This document shows positions 51,109 through 64,000 of a stretch of 64,000 nt of DNA, in pieces (positions within the stretch are counted from its first letter, which is position 1; every line of letters starts with the position of its first letter). A model generated the notes under the pieces. That model ran no database searches. It was not told where the DNA came from and saw only the letters and a list, made by a program, of their open reading frames with translations. Source of the stretch: Octopus sinensis (Eukaryota); the NCBI RefSeq assembly GCF_006345805.1, contig NC_043000.1, positions 71,610,001 to 71,674,000 of the forward strand, written 5' to 3'. The position numbers and the translations under genes were made by a program.

Positions 51109-52520
51109 AATTATTGTATACAGTGCTCAGGTGCACCACAACTTGTCAGAAAGTGCATATAAAGTACATGCAGTAATGTAGAAATGTCTGGAAAGTGAAC
51201 ATGCTTGTGTGTGTATTGAGGGGAGAAAATCAAGTGTAGTGTTGACGAATTTCAGGAAGCATGGAAGTCTTGAAGAATGCAGTGCTCCGACAACTAACAA
51301 CCGATGCCGGCAGTTTGTTCCACGCTTCAGCAACTCTCAGCGTGAAAAAATGTTTCCTGAAGTCATGGGAGCTGTGCTGTTTTCTTACTTTGTAAATATG
51401 TCCACGGGTGTTAGATGGGTGGAGTTTGAAGAGGTGCTCAGTGTTATTGTTTGTGCGATGGTTGATAATTTTATGGGTGTCTGCCAGGTCAGCTGCCAGA
51501 CGTCGGAGTTTCAATGTGTCCATGCCCAGGGAAGTAAGGCGTTCAGGATATGGCAAATGCCTGATGGAGGGCATTCTTTTGGTTGCACGTCGCTGAACAG
51601 CTTCCAGACGATTGATGTCCTGGGCAAGATAGGGGTTCCAGACCGGTGATGCAAATTCCAGGTGAGGTCTTACCATAGCTATATAAAGCCGCAGATAAAT
51701 AGCCGGAGAGCGGCTCACAAAGGATTTGGTGAGTGATGCCAAGACACCCTCAGCCTTCTTGACAATTTTGGCGATGTGTTTTGTCCAACGCAAATCACTG
51801 TCGACAATAACACCCAGGTCACGTTCACTTGAAGACTTTTTGAGACTAGTGTTGTGGAGGGAGTAGGTGGACGCTGGGTTTCTCCTCCCAAAATGCATGG
51901 TGGTACATTTGTCCACAGCCAGCTTGAGTTGCCAGTCCATGATCCACTGCTGCATTGTGTCCAGGTCTGCTTGCAATAGAGATCCATAGTGTATAGGATT
52001 TGACCTCTTTATTTCGAGGTACAGCTTGATGTCATCTGCATATTTCAGCACTGTGGCATTCTTTAAGTTGGCATCTATGTCATTAACATATGCAACAAAT
52101 AAAAGGGGGCCAAGAACAGATCCCTGCGGCACACCAGATGTCATCTCATAGGGCGAAGAGTGCTGTCCTAGAACTGTGACAACCTCTTTTCGGCCGAAAA
52201 TAAAGGACTTTAACCAGTTATAGAGTTCGTCTCTTACACCCAACGCAGAAAGCTTCACCATAAGTCTTTTGTGTGGCACAGAGTTAAAAGCCTTAGCAAA
52301 GTCCAGGTAAACAACATCCACCTAGGATCCGCGATCAGTGATTTGGGTAACATCCTCAAGAAACTCGATGAGTTGATTACAGCAGCTGGAGTTAGGAATA
52401 AATCCGAATTGTGACGGCTGGATGAGGCTGTGAGACTTCCAGAAGTTCCAGAGGGTTTCTCTGATACAGGATTCCATCAGTTTGGCGATGCAGCTGGTAA
52501 GACTGACGGGGCGATTGATA
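51058..52520 (-). mobile_element. CR1/L2-group LINE, 5'-truncated, with a (TTA)n tail; RT has one premature stop (52322-24)
   Basis: RPVSLTS..QFGF..DVVYLDFAKAFNSVPH..SGVPQGSVLGPLLF..YADDIK..ERDLGVIVD..VRPHLEFASPVWNP. Confidence 0.92.
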
Positions 52521-53018
52521 TTCATTAATTCTCTATATGAATATGCAGATGTAAATATCTTATGTATTAAAAGGCAATTTTCAACCAAATTTGACATGTG
52601 TGTTCTCTTTGACTTAGGACACGCTTTCTTATAATTTTTTCCTTGAAATTCTGCACCCCCAACATAAATAGACTACTCTCAATTCGCCTAGGATTTAAAC
52701 CCACTAAAAAAATTATGAAAATAGGAAATATATCTAAAAATTATTTGAAGTATGCAAAAAATTACGAAGATTCATCTGTTTTAAAATATTTTATACTAAA
52801 AATATAGAACAGGAAGCAGACGTTCGCAAATATAAACAAACATGTCAGACAATACAAGGGACGGTAACTTGTATCAGATATTATTCATGATACGAGGGGC
52901 CCGACAATAACATTTGCAAATTCTTGATTGTTTTTAATCAGAACTTTTACTGCACACACTGGTAAGGGTTAGTGTAGCATGCGCTGCTACCACATAACAG
53001 TTATTCACAAACACCTGG

Positions 53019-53447
53019 GATCTTTTTCTTTAGATAGACAGAATTCAACCCAATTTCTAGTTAACTAAACAATTTGAAACTTCGTATACTGGTAGAATGT
53101 GTCAAAAGAAAACATTATTTTCACTTGGCTTTTTTGATAAATTGTAATTTGTAAGTTTAACGTAGTTTAATTCTTCGAATTTTAACCAGTGAATCGCCAG
53201 TATTTGAGCTCAAATCATTAACGTAAACAGCGCGCGCACACACACGCGCGTGTTATTCATCCTTCTCTCTACTGTCTGTCTCGCTATTTAAGTCATCCGC
53301 ACACATAAATGTTATACATACATGTGTGCGTGCGCACATGTTTATATATTTATACACGTACACACACACACACATTTCATTCCTGATTCAATGTTTGTTT
53401 TCGTTTTTTGTCACATTCGTTCCCTTCTCTCACTCAGTCCGTCTCTC

Positions 53448-53504
<57 letters not shown>

Positions 53505-54240
53505 ATATATATATAATATATATATATATATCTGTATGTCTTTCTTATTCCATCTCTCTATTGTTTTTTCCGGTCGAAGGTCTCTTTCTCTCTTTTAATC
53601 CATGTTTTACTAAATATTTTCCTCTCTCTCTCTTGCTCATACACTTGTCATCACTCACTTTCTCTCTCTTTCTTTCTTACTTTCTCTCTCTCTTTATCAC
53701 TTTGCTTAATGCTTGTATATCTATTTCTCTGTAACCCTGAGTCTCAGTTATCTATCTGTCTGTCTGTCTATCTATCTATCTGTCTGTCTGTCTCTCTATC
53801 TGTCTGTCTGTCTATCTGTCTGTCTGTCTATCTATCTGTCTGTCTATCTGTCTGTCTGTCTGTCTGTCTCTCTATCTATCTGTCTGTCTGTCTCTCTATC
53901 TATCTGTCTGTCTGTCTCTCTATCCATCTATCCTCTTCGGAGTGTTTCACCATGCACACACACACATCGCGTATATATAATCGCTTCCAAGGCAACGATG
54001 AAAGCAAACAGTGACAGGATGTTGTCTGAGTTTTTAGACGCAGCAAATGATTTGAGCTCAAATACTGGCGATTCATTGGTTAAAATTCGAAGAATAAAAC
54101 TACGTTAAACTTACAAATTTATCAAAAAAGCCAAGTGAAAATAATGTTTTCTTTTGACACATTCTACCAGTATACGAAGTTTCAAATTGTTTAGTTAACT
54201 AGAAATTGGGTTGAATTCTGTCTATCTAAAGGAAAAGATC
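53019..54240. mobile_element. Foldback/MITE with ~195-bp TIRs (53019-53219 / 54046-54240) enclosing (TA)n and (TCTR)n microsatellites
   Basis: Near-perfect inverted arms, both terminating in GATC. Confidence 0.85.
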
Positions 54241-55037
54241 AATACGGACTGTTCAGTGGTAGCAGGATGTGCTAGAAATACCAGCCAAATCAGTTAATGT
54301 TTATAAGTACACCTGCACGTCAACCCCCACCACTTTTCTTATATATATATACATTATAGCCTCTGGCCTACCAAAGCCTTGTGAGTGGATTTCGTACATG
54401 GAAACTGAAAGAAGACTGTTGTATATGTGTATATTTGTGTGTGTATGTGTTTGTACCCCCACCATTCCGCTACTACCAATGTTGGTGTGTCTACATACCT
54501 ATAACTTAGCGGTTCGGCAAAAAACACTGATAGAATAATTAGTAGGCGGTGCTCCAGCATGGCCGCAATCACATGACTGAAACAAGTAAAGCAATAAAAA
54601 ACTATGCCATTTTAATCTTGAGTAAGGCTGGGTATCTCTGTTAGTGTATATTATATATGGTGATTTGCTTTGCCCAAGAAAACCCAGGTATTACGGCAAA
54701 AAAGCATATCTTTGATGTCTTGTGCCCATATGCCTTATCTCTACCTATGAGGCTTTACTCTCAACTCAGTTTCATAATACCCACTACTATTTCCTCAGCT
54801 ACTGTAACTATATGACAGCAAAAATCAGTGGCTGTAGCAGATGGTTCACACTCACCAGTGATACAAACACGAGTGCTTTTATGCACCATATGAAAGGTCT
54901 TCCCATGGTAAATAATGCAGTATTCTGTGTTCTAATACAACATCCAATCTAAGCGGGAGATGAATATATTTTTTATTCAGAAATCTATTAATTTCTGATG
55001 AGATGGGTTAGTCATATTGATCCGAGTCAAACTGCTA

Positions 55038-55462
55038 TTGATTGTTACCAGCATCGCCTTACTGGCACTCGAACCCTGTGCTAGTAGGGTGTTAAGAGCA
55101 CCATCCGAGCATGATTGTTGCTAGTGCGGTTATCTGGCCTCTGTGCCGGTGGCACGTAAAAGGCACCATTCGAGCAAGATTGTTACCAGCATCGCCTTAC
55201 TGGCACCTGTGCTGGTAGCATGTGTAAAAGATTTGAGCAAGGTTGCTGCCAGTACCGCCTGACTGGCCCCGTGCTGGTGGCATGTGAAAAGCACCCACTA
55301 CACTCTCGGAGAGGTTGGCATTAGGAAGGGCATCCAGCTGTAGAAACTCTGCCAGATCAAGATTGAAGCCTGGTGGAGCCATCTGGTTCGCCAGCCCTCT
55401 GTTAAATCGTCCAACTCATGCTAGCATGGAAAGCGGACATTAAACGATGATGATGATGATGA
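55038..55462 (+). mobile_element. RTE-tail element with (GAT)n
   Basis: Same subfamily as 10948-11497. Confidence 0.8.
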
Positions 55463-56384
55463 TATACTAGACTAGACTACCCATAACCTGTTGGGTCACC
55501 GAGAAAGTCTGAGTTTCCCAGTAACAGAGTTTTGTTTTGTAAATTTTTGCCTTTCCCAGGTTATTTCTCATACTTTCAATGAATGTGATATCAAAATCAC
55601 ATGTAAATGGCTCCTTTCCCCAGAAAAGGAAAGATTTGGCTGGTATTTCTTGCACACCCATCTACCACATAACTGGTATTTCGGGTCCTTTATCGCAAAC
55701 AGCTGTTACATGGTAGCAGGGCGTGCTAGGAATAGCAACCAAATTTTTGGCAGTGAAATATGTTGAATGCACTTTAAAAAACCTATGGAAAAAATTATTT
55801 CACACTGAGGTTATGAACGGGCCTTTTACAAAATATTTACTGTATTTTTAAAGTCATTTTCACTTTAAAATATTTTTTAAACATGCCAAAAAAATTTTTG
55901 TAATGGCATTACTTGAAAATAATTTAAAAAACATTAAAATATTGTCTGTTTAAAGAAAACTAAATATAAATACTTACTGTAAACAACTTACATTTTTTAA
56001 ATCATATTCACTTAAAAATATTTCTAAATGACTAAAATATTGTGTTTAACAAAAGCAAAAATAGATACATTTACTGTAGAAAACAAACTGTATATTTTCG
56101 TTGTCAAGTCACTGTCTAATTGAAAGGTAAGAGTTACTTCCTTTTCAGGATTAAGTTAATTTTGGAGAATTTTCTCATTATGCACCATTTTGGGTATTTA
56201 TACTCCGAAAACCTGTAATATCTTCTCAACTACTTAACAGATTTACACAAAATTTGTTTTATTCCTTCTGTATTTACATTTCAGAGGGAACTTAATTCAT
56301 AGTATTTTTCATTATGCATCAATTTGGTTGGGTAACATTGCAAGCAAGCAAGTAAGATTTAAGCTGACTTTTAATGTATTAAGG

Positions 56385-56722
56385 GTAAAGACCCCCTTCG
56401 GTCATGAGTGACCATGGGTTTGCACCTAGAGAGTTACCCTCTGAGGCACAAGTCTGGGCAAGGTTGTTTTTATGGAAGACCAGTAGTCGCCCATGCATAC
56501 CGGCCTCCCCTCTCCACGCCACCAGTTTTATCCAAGGGAAAGACAAAGGTCGATACAGCTTGGTACCAGTGACGTCGCAACTTATTTCTACAGCTGAGTG
56601 AACTGGAGCAACGTGAAATAAAGTGCTTTGCTCAAGAACACAACACGCAGCCCGGTCTGGGATTCGAACTCACAACCTCACGATCGTAAGCTCGACGCTC
56701 TAACCACTGAGCCATGCGCCTC
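56385..56722 (-). mobile_element. tRNA-derived SINE
   Basis: Minus-strand head GGAGGCGCATGGCTCAGTGGTTAGAGCG..GAGTTCGAATCC with intact A and B boxes. Confidence 0.85.
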
Positions 56723-56733
56723 CTTTAATGTAT

Positions 56734-56772
<39 letters not shown>

Positions 56773-57116
56773 CTGTGTGTAAAAGAGTAGTTGAGCAGTT
56801 GGATTCAGAGAAGCAAGCAGCAGTCACAGTAAGCTCCCCATTTGGAATTGGTTATCAGTTTATGTAGCAATCAATTATTGTATAGTATAATGTAATATGT
56901 CCATGTAACTGAAAATCCAGGAAACCTGAACAATAAATTTTTCTGTGAGGAGTAAAGTCAGGAGGTATGGGAAACAAAGAGAATTTTTTTTTAATCCATA
57001 TGACTTCCACATGATTACAGCCATTTCATAACCTACATTATGTAGTATTATTAATTTCAGTATGCAAAATAATATGTACATCTTTACATCAGTATGTATG
57101 CTCAGCATTATACAAT

Positions 57117-57505
57117 CATCATCATCATCATCATCGTTTAGCGTCCGTTTTCCATGCTAGCATGGGTTGGACGGTTCTACTGGGGTCTGTGAAGCCAGAA
57201 GGCTTCATCAGGCCCAGTCAAATCTGGCAGTGTTTCTACGGCTGGATGCCCTTCCTAACGCCAACCACTCCGTGAGTGTAGTGGGTGCTTTTTACGTGCC
57301 AGCGCACTGGTGCCAGACAGAGCTGGCAAACGGCCACGAACGGATGGTGCTTTTTATGTGCCACCGGCACGAGGGCCAGGCGAGGCTGGCAACAGACACG
57401 AAACGGGGCGGTGCTGGCAACGGTCGCGAAACGGAAAGTTCTCTTACATGCCACCGGCACTGGTAACACATCTGCAATTTCCATTGATCGATTTCGATTC
57501 TGATC
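57117..57505 (-). mobile_element. RTE-tail element
   Basis: (CAT)n followed by the reverse complement of the RTE 3'UTR. Confidence 0.8.
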
Positions 57506-58299
57506 CTCACAATTGCATATTCATGAATTGGTGTAAATAATGAAAGCTAACTCATTAGGTCACTGGAACATAACAAGTACATCTACAATTCAACTCTATA
57601 CACAAAAAATTCACCCTTTATGGAAGGCCTGAATAGGAATAAGATTACAGTAATTTGGTCAGTAAAGGTAAACAATGAGATCATCTTATATTGTGTTTTT
57701 TTAAAGAATTTTACCTCTGAATGTACTCAAACCAATTAAGGTGGGGCGCTTGAAAGAAATTATGAGAAATTAGTAATCTTAATTTAAGCAAAATAGCAAG
57801 AAATAAACTAAAATAACAAGTAAATATAAGTAAAATATTATCAATGTATAGCTTGTTAATGCAAATGGATATATATGTACTTTGTATATTACAGAATGAT
57901 ATGCTATATGAATAAACATATAAAATGTGAGATTGTAGTAATTTTTGTGGATGAATGTGATAGTAGACTGAATTTGAAAGAAAGTTGATTGTTGAAGAAT
58001 TTAATTCTTAAATTCTTTTCAAATCCTTGTCCACAGCTCAACAGCCTACTTGTGTTCTTTAGTTTTCTTATCAGTGAATTATTTTTGCTATTTTTTCGCC
58101 CTCATCCCACTGCCTTCATTAAGATCATGCATAAGAAACTACATCAGATTACCCTAATCTCTGTAACTTGCTGTCCTGTTTTTCATCTTATCTTATATTG
58201 TGCCTTATTTTTTTTGACTCATTTCAACTCTTTTACATTATTTTGCCAGTGTAGAATTGAGGATTTTAAAGTTTTAGTTGGTGGTCCCAACATGAGCCA

Positions 58300-59040
58300 T
58301 CACCCCAGCCAGACTCTCAGAGAAGAAAACATGGCATGCAGGATTCAACTTGGAAAATCAAGCAATATGACCAAACAGTTTAAGCCTACACTCAAAAGAG
58401 TAACAGGACACATCCCAGTTTCTGAGTATAGTCATTGGTTGGATATGAAGTCTGGCTAATGGTAACTCATAATCAAGTAAAGTATTCTAGTAACAAAGGA
58501 ATTCAGCTGGCTCCTCAGGGCCCTGGACAGTGTCTGCATGTCCTTCATAGCAAAACAGGAAGGACCAGAGACCTGAAGATCCAAAGCTTTGTCCTCTTGC
58601 TCAGATATCAGAGCATCTCCAGTGAAACCACAACTGCACCAGTTGTCCAAGTCTTTTTAAGACTTTGAACTCTTGTTTAGAATAACCCTGGCAAAGACCT
58701 TACTGTGCTTTGAGAGGAGTGTAACAGCCCTATAGTTGTTGCAACTGAGGCGGTCACCTTTACCTTTCCAGAGAGGGATAATTATGCCTTTCTTCCAGTC
58801 AGTCACTATGCTACTACTCCAAATTGACCAAATGGTCTGTTGCAAGAACAAGACTACAGCAGGCCCACATTCTTTGATGCCACAAACACCAGCTGCCTTC
58901 CTGCCTTTCAGCTGATTTTCTGTGATATGAACCTTGTCTATGAAGGGCAGATTTCAGCTGACCAGCAGGTCAGTCATCAGCATTGAAGGTACTGCAGTAT
59001 TCAGAACAGTATTAGGTGGGATTCCTCTGTCAGGAGTACT
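58300..59040 (-). mobile_element. Degenerate RTE LINE RT fragment
   Basis: DWKKGIIIPLWKGKGDRLSCNNYRAVTLLS..KVFARVIL. Confidence 0.75.
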
Positions 59041-59774
59041 TCATCAGACTCCAGGATACCAAGGGAGGAAGCCTTGACCCTCACCCCCACCAAGAATAGT
59101 GATTCCTCTGTTGGCAGTATGTAAGTCAGAAGTGTGAAATTGACTCAACCTTCTTGCAGAATCCTCAAACCTGCTATTCCTTGCCAAACTTTAGTCTCTG
59201 AGAACCCCACATCTCAAATACCAAAACAAATTTTCAGAGGCCCAACTCAGCCTTACTTTGTGGTTACACACAACCAATGCAGTGTAGCAGGGATCTAAGG
59301 TTCTGCGAATAAGTCTTGCTTACACTGTTGTCATTGAGTGTATTGGCATCCAGTCTGGGATGAGAGACCCTAGGGAAGGTGTATTAATTTACTTTTCCAG
59401 TTTTACCCACTCTCTTTCTTTTTTGCACATCAGACTTGTTTAACTTGTAAATTGTTACGTGCAACACAATGAATAATTGATAAGGAAAAGAATTACTTTC
59501 AACAACATTTATTAATAATACTAGATACTTTTCATATACATTATGTACAATTCGTTAAATACAAGTTACGTGTTTGAATCAGGAAACAATAAATTGTCAA
59601 AAGATTAAAACTGAAATATCTCATATAAATTTGGACATAACTGCTGGTTACAACAGGAATGATCCTTTCAAAAATTGAGTGATGAAAATTATCTTATTAA
59701 ACAAAGGCCTAAAGGGACATGAGCTTCGATTACAATAAAAAAAATTCCTATAGAAAGTTGAACCCCAAGGTTTA

Positions 59775-60035
59775 TATATAACCACCTGTATCATCTCTTG
59801 TGAAAGGTAGGAGAGTCCAATTTGCTGGACATTGTTGTAGAGCTGAAAATGAGGCAATTTCTACTCTTCTCCTCGTGATACCAGAGGGTGCACACTCTCC
59901 AACCCTGGTGTAATCTCCAGGGATACAGGCATCCAGTAACAGGACCTCTGTAATGCTATGATGGACTGTGAAGTCTGGCGTAGCATAGTAAATTCCATTG
60001 TCTTGACCAAGGTCGAACAATGAGGATGATGATTA
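59775..60035 (+). mobile_element. RTE/RTEX-like LINE 3' end
   Basis: PPVSSLVKGRRVQFAGHCCRAENEAISTLLL..ISRDTGIQ..NAMMD.EVWRSIVNSIV, followed by (GAT)n. Confidence 0.7.
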
Positions 60036-60589
60036 TATATAAACCCACCAAGATGTTTTAGAATATTCTATGAGGCCTTTAGGTATAAAAATTAAACTTT
60101 TCTTTTTTTTCTGTCATTGCCTATCACAAACTGATGTCAATGATGATGGGTTGGGAAAAAAATTGTCACATATAGCCAAAATAACTCTGGTTAATATTGG
60201 TGTCAAATTTTGGCAATAGGCCAGCAATTTTTGGAAGCATTGACCCTAGTAATCAACTGGTACTTATTTTATCGACCTGAGTTTGAACTCAGGATGTAAA
60301 GATAGACAAAATGCTGCTAAGCATTTGCCCAGCATGCTAATGAGTCTACCAGTTCACTGCTTATACACTGGTTGATATTACCAAATGTAGAAGGTGAGCT
60401 AGCAGACTTGTTAGCATACCAGGTAAGATGCTTAGCAGCATTTTGTCTGTCTTTTTAATCCAAGTTCAAATTCCATTGAGGTTGACTTTGCCTTTCATCC
60501 ATTCAGAGTTGATAAAATAAGTACCAGTTGAGCACTGGGGTTGATGTAATCAACCAACACCTCCCCCTGAAATTGCTGGCATTTTGCTA

Positions 60590-63465
60590 CCTATCCATTT
60601 TGTGGGCAAACTAGCCAGATTGACTACATTCTCACCAGAAAATGGAAAAGATAGCTGCTTATAAATGTCAAAACTTTCCCAGATGAAGAATGCACCCTTA
60701 GCATAGTTTAGTCATTAGCGACTTCAGAATCAGGGTTAAAAGACTGCCAAAACAACTAGTGTGGAAAAGAAAGGTCTGGAAGCTTAAGGATCCTTTGAAC
60801 AGTCTGAGATTTAGAGATGTGTTACTTGAAGCATTTGATGAAAGAGGAGGGTATAGTGACATATAACATGGAGGTTCCTATGGGACAACCTGTTTAGGGC
60901 CACTGTCCAAATTTTTGGATGGTGCAAAGCCCCTTTTCAACTGGAGATGACATGGTGGTGGAATAATGTAGTTGACAGAGCCATTAAAGAAAAGAAACAG
61001 GACTGGAAGTATGTGGTAGCAGGGAACAGTATCATATAGCTAGAAAGGATGCTAGGTGACAGGTATATTTAGCTAGGGAAGAAGCAGAAAAGGTGTTTGC
61101 CAATGTTCTGTGACATGAGGACCAGAGACTTGAAGTGTTTCAGATTGCAAGACTGTGTGAAAGAAAATTGTGATATGAAATGAGAAAAATGTGTCTGCAT
61201 GGATGATAGTTCACTTGCATTTAGTGATTCTGCAAAGAAAGAGACTTGGAAAAGCTGCTAAATGGCAGAAGAGTCTGCCTAATGTGGATGCAACAGAGGG
61301 ACCAGCTATCCAAATAAACAACAGCTTAGTAGATAAAGCCATGAAGGATATGAAGACGGGGAAGACCCCTAGTCCATCAGGAATCACCACTGAGATGCTT
61401 AAAATATCTGACAGTATGGGTTATGGTCTAGTCATCCATATAATTAATTGGGTTGTCCATGAGGGAGTCCTACCCAATGATTGGTGTAGCAGCACCATAG
61501 TCAGCTACTATAAAGGTAAATAATAACAGGAGTATCAAATTGTTAGACTAGGAGACGAAAGTTACAGAGAGAGTCACAGCCCAACTAATTAGAAGAAAGT
61601 TAGTGTAGTTGTTAGTTTTGTGCCAGGGAGAAGCACCACTGATGCTATATTCCTGGTAAGGTAGCTGCAAGAAAATACTTGGCCGAAAATAAATATCTGT
61701 GCTTGGCTTTTGTTGACATGGAGAAAGCTTTTAGCAGGGTCGCCCACTCCCTTATCTGGTGGTCAATGCAGAATCTAGGGATAGATGAATGGCTAGTGAG
61801 AGCTATACAAGCCATGTACAGGGATGCTGTCAGAAAGCTGAAAGTTAGAAATGAGTATAGCAATGAAGTCAGTATACAAGTGGGAGTTCATCAAGGATCA
61901 ATCCTCAGCCCCTTCTTGTTCATCATAGTCCTCCAGACAGTAACAGAAGAATTTAAAATGGGCTTCTATGCTGATGATCTTGTTTATATAGCTGAATCAC
62001 TGCCAGAACTAGAGAAGAAATTTCAGGTGTGGAAGCAAGGTCTTGAATCAAAGGGCTTTACAGTCAATTTAGCAAAGACCAAAGTCTTAGTAAGTAGGAA
62101 AGCAGACAAATCACAAATCTTTTCAGTGAGATGTAGAAAAGGCATAGGTAGAAAATCCATAAGGTGTACCTGGTGCAAGCTATGGACACATAAGAGGTGC
62201 AGCAATATCAGGGAAAATAGTTTTTGTGTGTGGTAGATGTACAGGTACATCATCATCATCATCATCGTTTAGCGTCCGCTTTCCATGCTAGCATGGGTTG
62301 GACGGGTCAACTGGGGTCTGTGAAGCTGGAAGGCTTCGTCAGGCCCAGTCAGATCTGGCAGTGTTTCTACGGCTGGATGCCCTTCCTAACGCCAACCACT
62401 CCGCGAGTGTAGTAGGTGTTTTTTACGTGCCACCTGCACAGGTGCCAGACAGAGCTGGCGAACGGCCACGAACGGATGGTGCTTTTACGTGTCACCGGCA
62501 CGGGGTCAGGCGATGCTGGCAACGGACACGAACGGATGGTGCTTTTACGTGCCACCGACACGGGGCCAGACAGAGCTGGCAACCGGCCACGAACGGACGG
62601 TGCTTTTACGTGTCACCGGCACGGGGGCCAGCCGAGGCTGGCAACGGACGCGAACGGATGGTGCTTTTTTAGATATGTACGGAAAATAGACTGTCAAATG
62701 CCAGTGGGGATAGTTAGTAGACATCTGTTATCTAGTTGACCATGTCAGCAGTGGAAGTGGCTGCTCCAAGGGCATAGCTGCTAGAATAAGAATAGGCTGT
62801 GCAAAGTTCCTGCATCTGTTGGTAACAAAGGGCCTCTCCCTCAGAGTGAAAGGCAGATTGTTTGATGTCTGTGTGCTATATGGCAGTGAAACCTGGACTG
62901 TGACTTCAGAGGACTTGCAAAGACTTGAAAGAAATGAAACTAGTATGCTTCACTGGATGTGCAATGTCAGTGTGCATGAATGGCAGGGTGTAAGCATCTT
63001 GAGAGGCATAAGAGGCATCAGATGTGGTGTACAAGAGAGAAAACTGTGCTGGTATGGTCATATGATGCATATGGATGAGGGCAGCTGTGTAAAGAAGTGC
63101 TGATCACTAACTGCAGAAGGAACCTGTGGAAGAGGTAGATCCAAGAAGACATGGGACAAAGTGGTGAAGCAAGATCTTCAGCTGTTAGGTCTCACAGAGA
63201 CAATGACAAATGATTGAGACCTTTGGTAGTTTGCTGTGCTTGAGAAGACATGTCAGGCCAAGTGAAATTGTTGTCACAGACAGTGCTAGTGACACATAAA
63301 AGACACCCACTACACTCATAGAGTGGTTGGAATTAAGAAGGGCATCCAGCTGTAGAAACCAAGCCAAAATCAGACTGGGGCCTGGTACAGCTCTCTGGCT
63401 TACCAGTTCCCGTCAAACTGTCTAACCCATGCCAACATGGAAAATTGATACTAAATGATGATGCT
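60590..63465 (+). mobile_element. Decayed RTE LINE (RT) interrupted by an RTE-tail element (minus, ~62247-62672)
   Basis: LAFVDMEKAFSRV..VGVHQGSILSPFLF..YADDL..VNLAKTKVL..LYGSETWTVT.., with many stops, then the 3'UTR. Confidence 0.88.
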
Positions 63466-64000
63466 AATGATTACCAAATATAGTAATATTATTTGCCAGT
63501 GGTTTTGACTTTCAAATTGAATTTGAGGAAAGCTATCTGCTACAAAACCATTAAGAGGAATTGTGGAAGAATCAAGTTTTGTTGATATCAACATATACAC
63601 TTCATCTAATACCATCGATAATAATAAAACTAATTATGTACAGTCCAAGCAACTGCAATTAAATGAACAGCTGAAATTTGTCAACAATTTGCTCTCTCTA
63701 AAACAACAATTGATTCATTTCCATAACCCAGAAACTTTCAGTTATCAATATGATAAAATATATTTAGTGAGTTAGCTATTAGCACCACTAATAAAACAAC
63801 AAAAAAGGAAAGAGAAAAAACTATAAAACTCTTGGTAATTGGTTACAGTCTGACTTGAAACAGGAAACCTATCTCAATTTTCATTTAAAAAATAACCTTA
63901 ACATGTTATACCATATAAGTTATTTCAAAGAAAAACCATTGTCCAACATATAAACACTTGTGATTATATAATAAGGAAATTGATGACCAATTTTTGTTAG

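Noticed and set aside
54995-55035. Hammerhead at CTGATGAGATGGG...GTCAAAC
   Set aside because: Lacks the G of GAAA and has no convincing stems I/III; at best a dead remnant.
56650-56722. tRNA gene
   Set aside because: The tRNA-like A/B boxes continue directly into a SINE body shared with other copies, so this is a SINE head.

Overview
AT-rich, repeat-dense animal genomic DNA. The SINE/LINE/Helitron families and very long (TA)n/(CA)n arrays look like an octopus (coleoid cephalopod) genome; this is an inference from repeat style. There is a 100-N assembly gap at 35520-35619. Two host genes are supported, arranged head-to-head. (1) The first four coding exons of CFAP300/C11orf70, a dynein-arm assembly factor, on the minus strand (15504->6220); the rest of the gene probably lies left of the window. 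(2) An unrecognised 220-aa coiled-coil ORF on the plus strand (16935-17597). Both have RFX X-box-like motifs nearby. The rest is mostly mobile DNA: tRNA-derived SINEs, RTE-tail elements, RTE/CR1-like/Tx1-like LINE fragments, non-autonomous Helitrons with a PIF1 helicase fragment and a 160-bp satellite, MITEs, and Penelope-like elements (PLEs). Main observations: (a) two near-canonical minimal type I hammerhead ribozymes in oppositely oriented PLE 3' regions, a third hammerhead and some degenerate ones; (b) a ~1.3-kb non-coding element with five ATTGG-N12-TGACGTC (NF-Y/CRE-like) modules at fixed spacing, then TATA, an Inr-like site, a splice donor and a decayed hammerhead, with a ~265-bp inverted copy of its 3' part upstream; (c) a 1-nt phase mismatch at the CFAP300 exon 3/4 junction. 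Everything was read by eye. No database searches or folding were run, and repeat boundaries are approximate.
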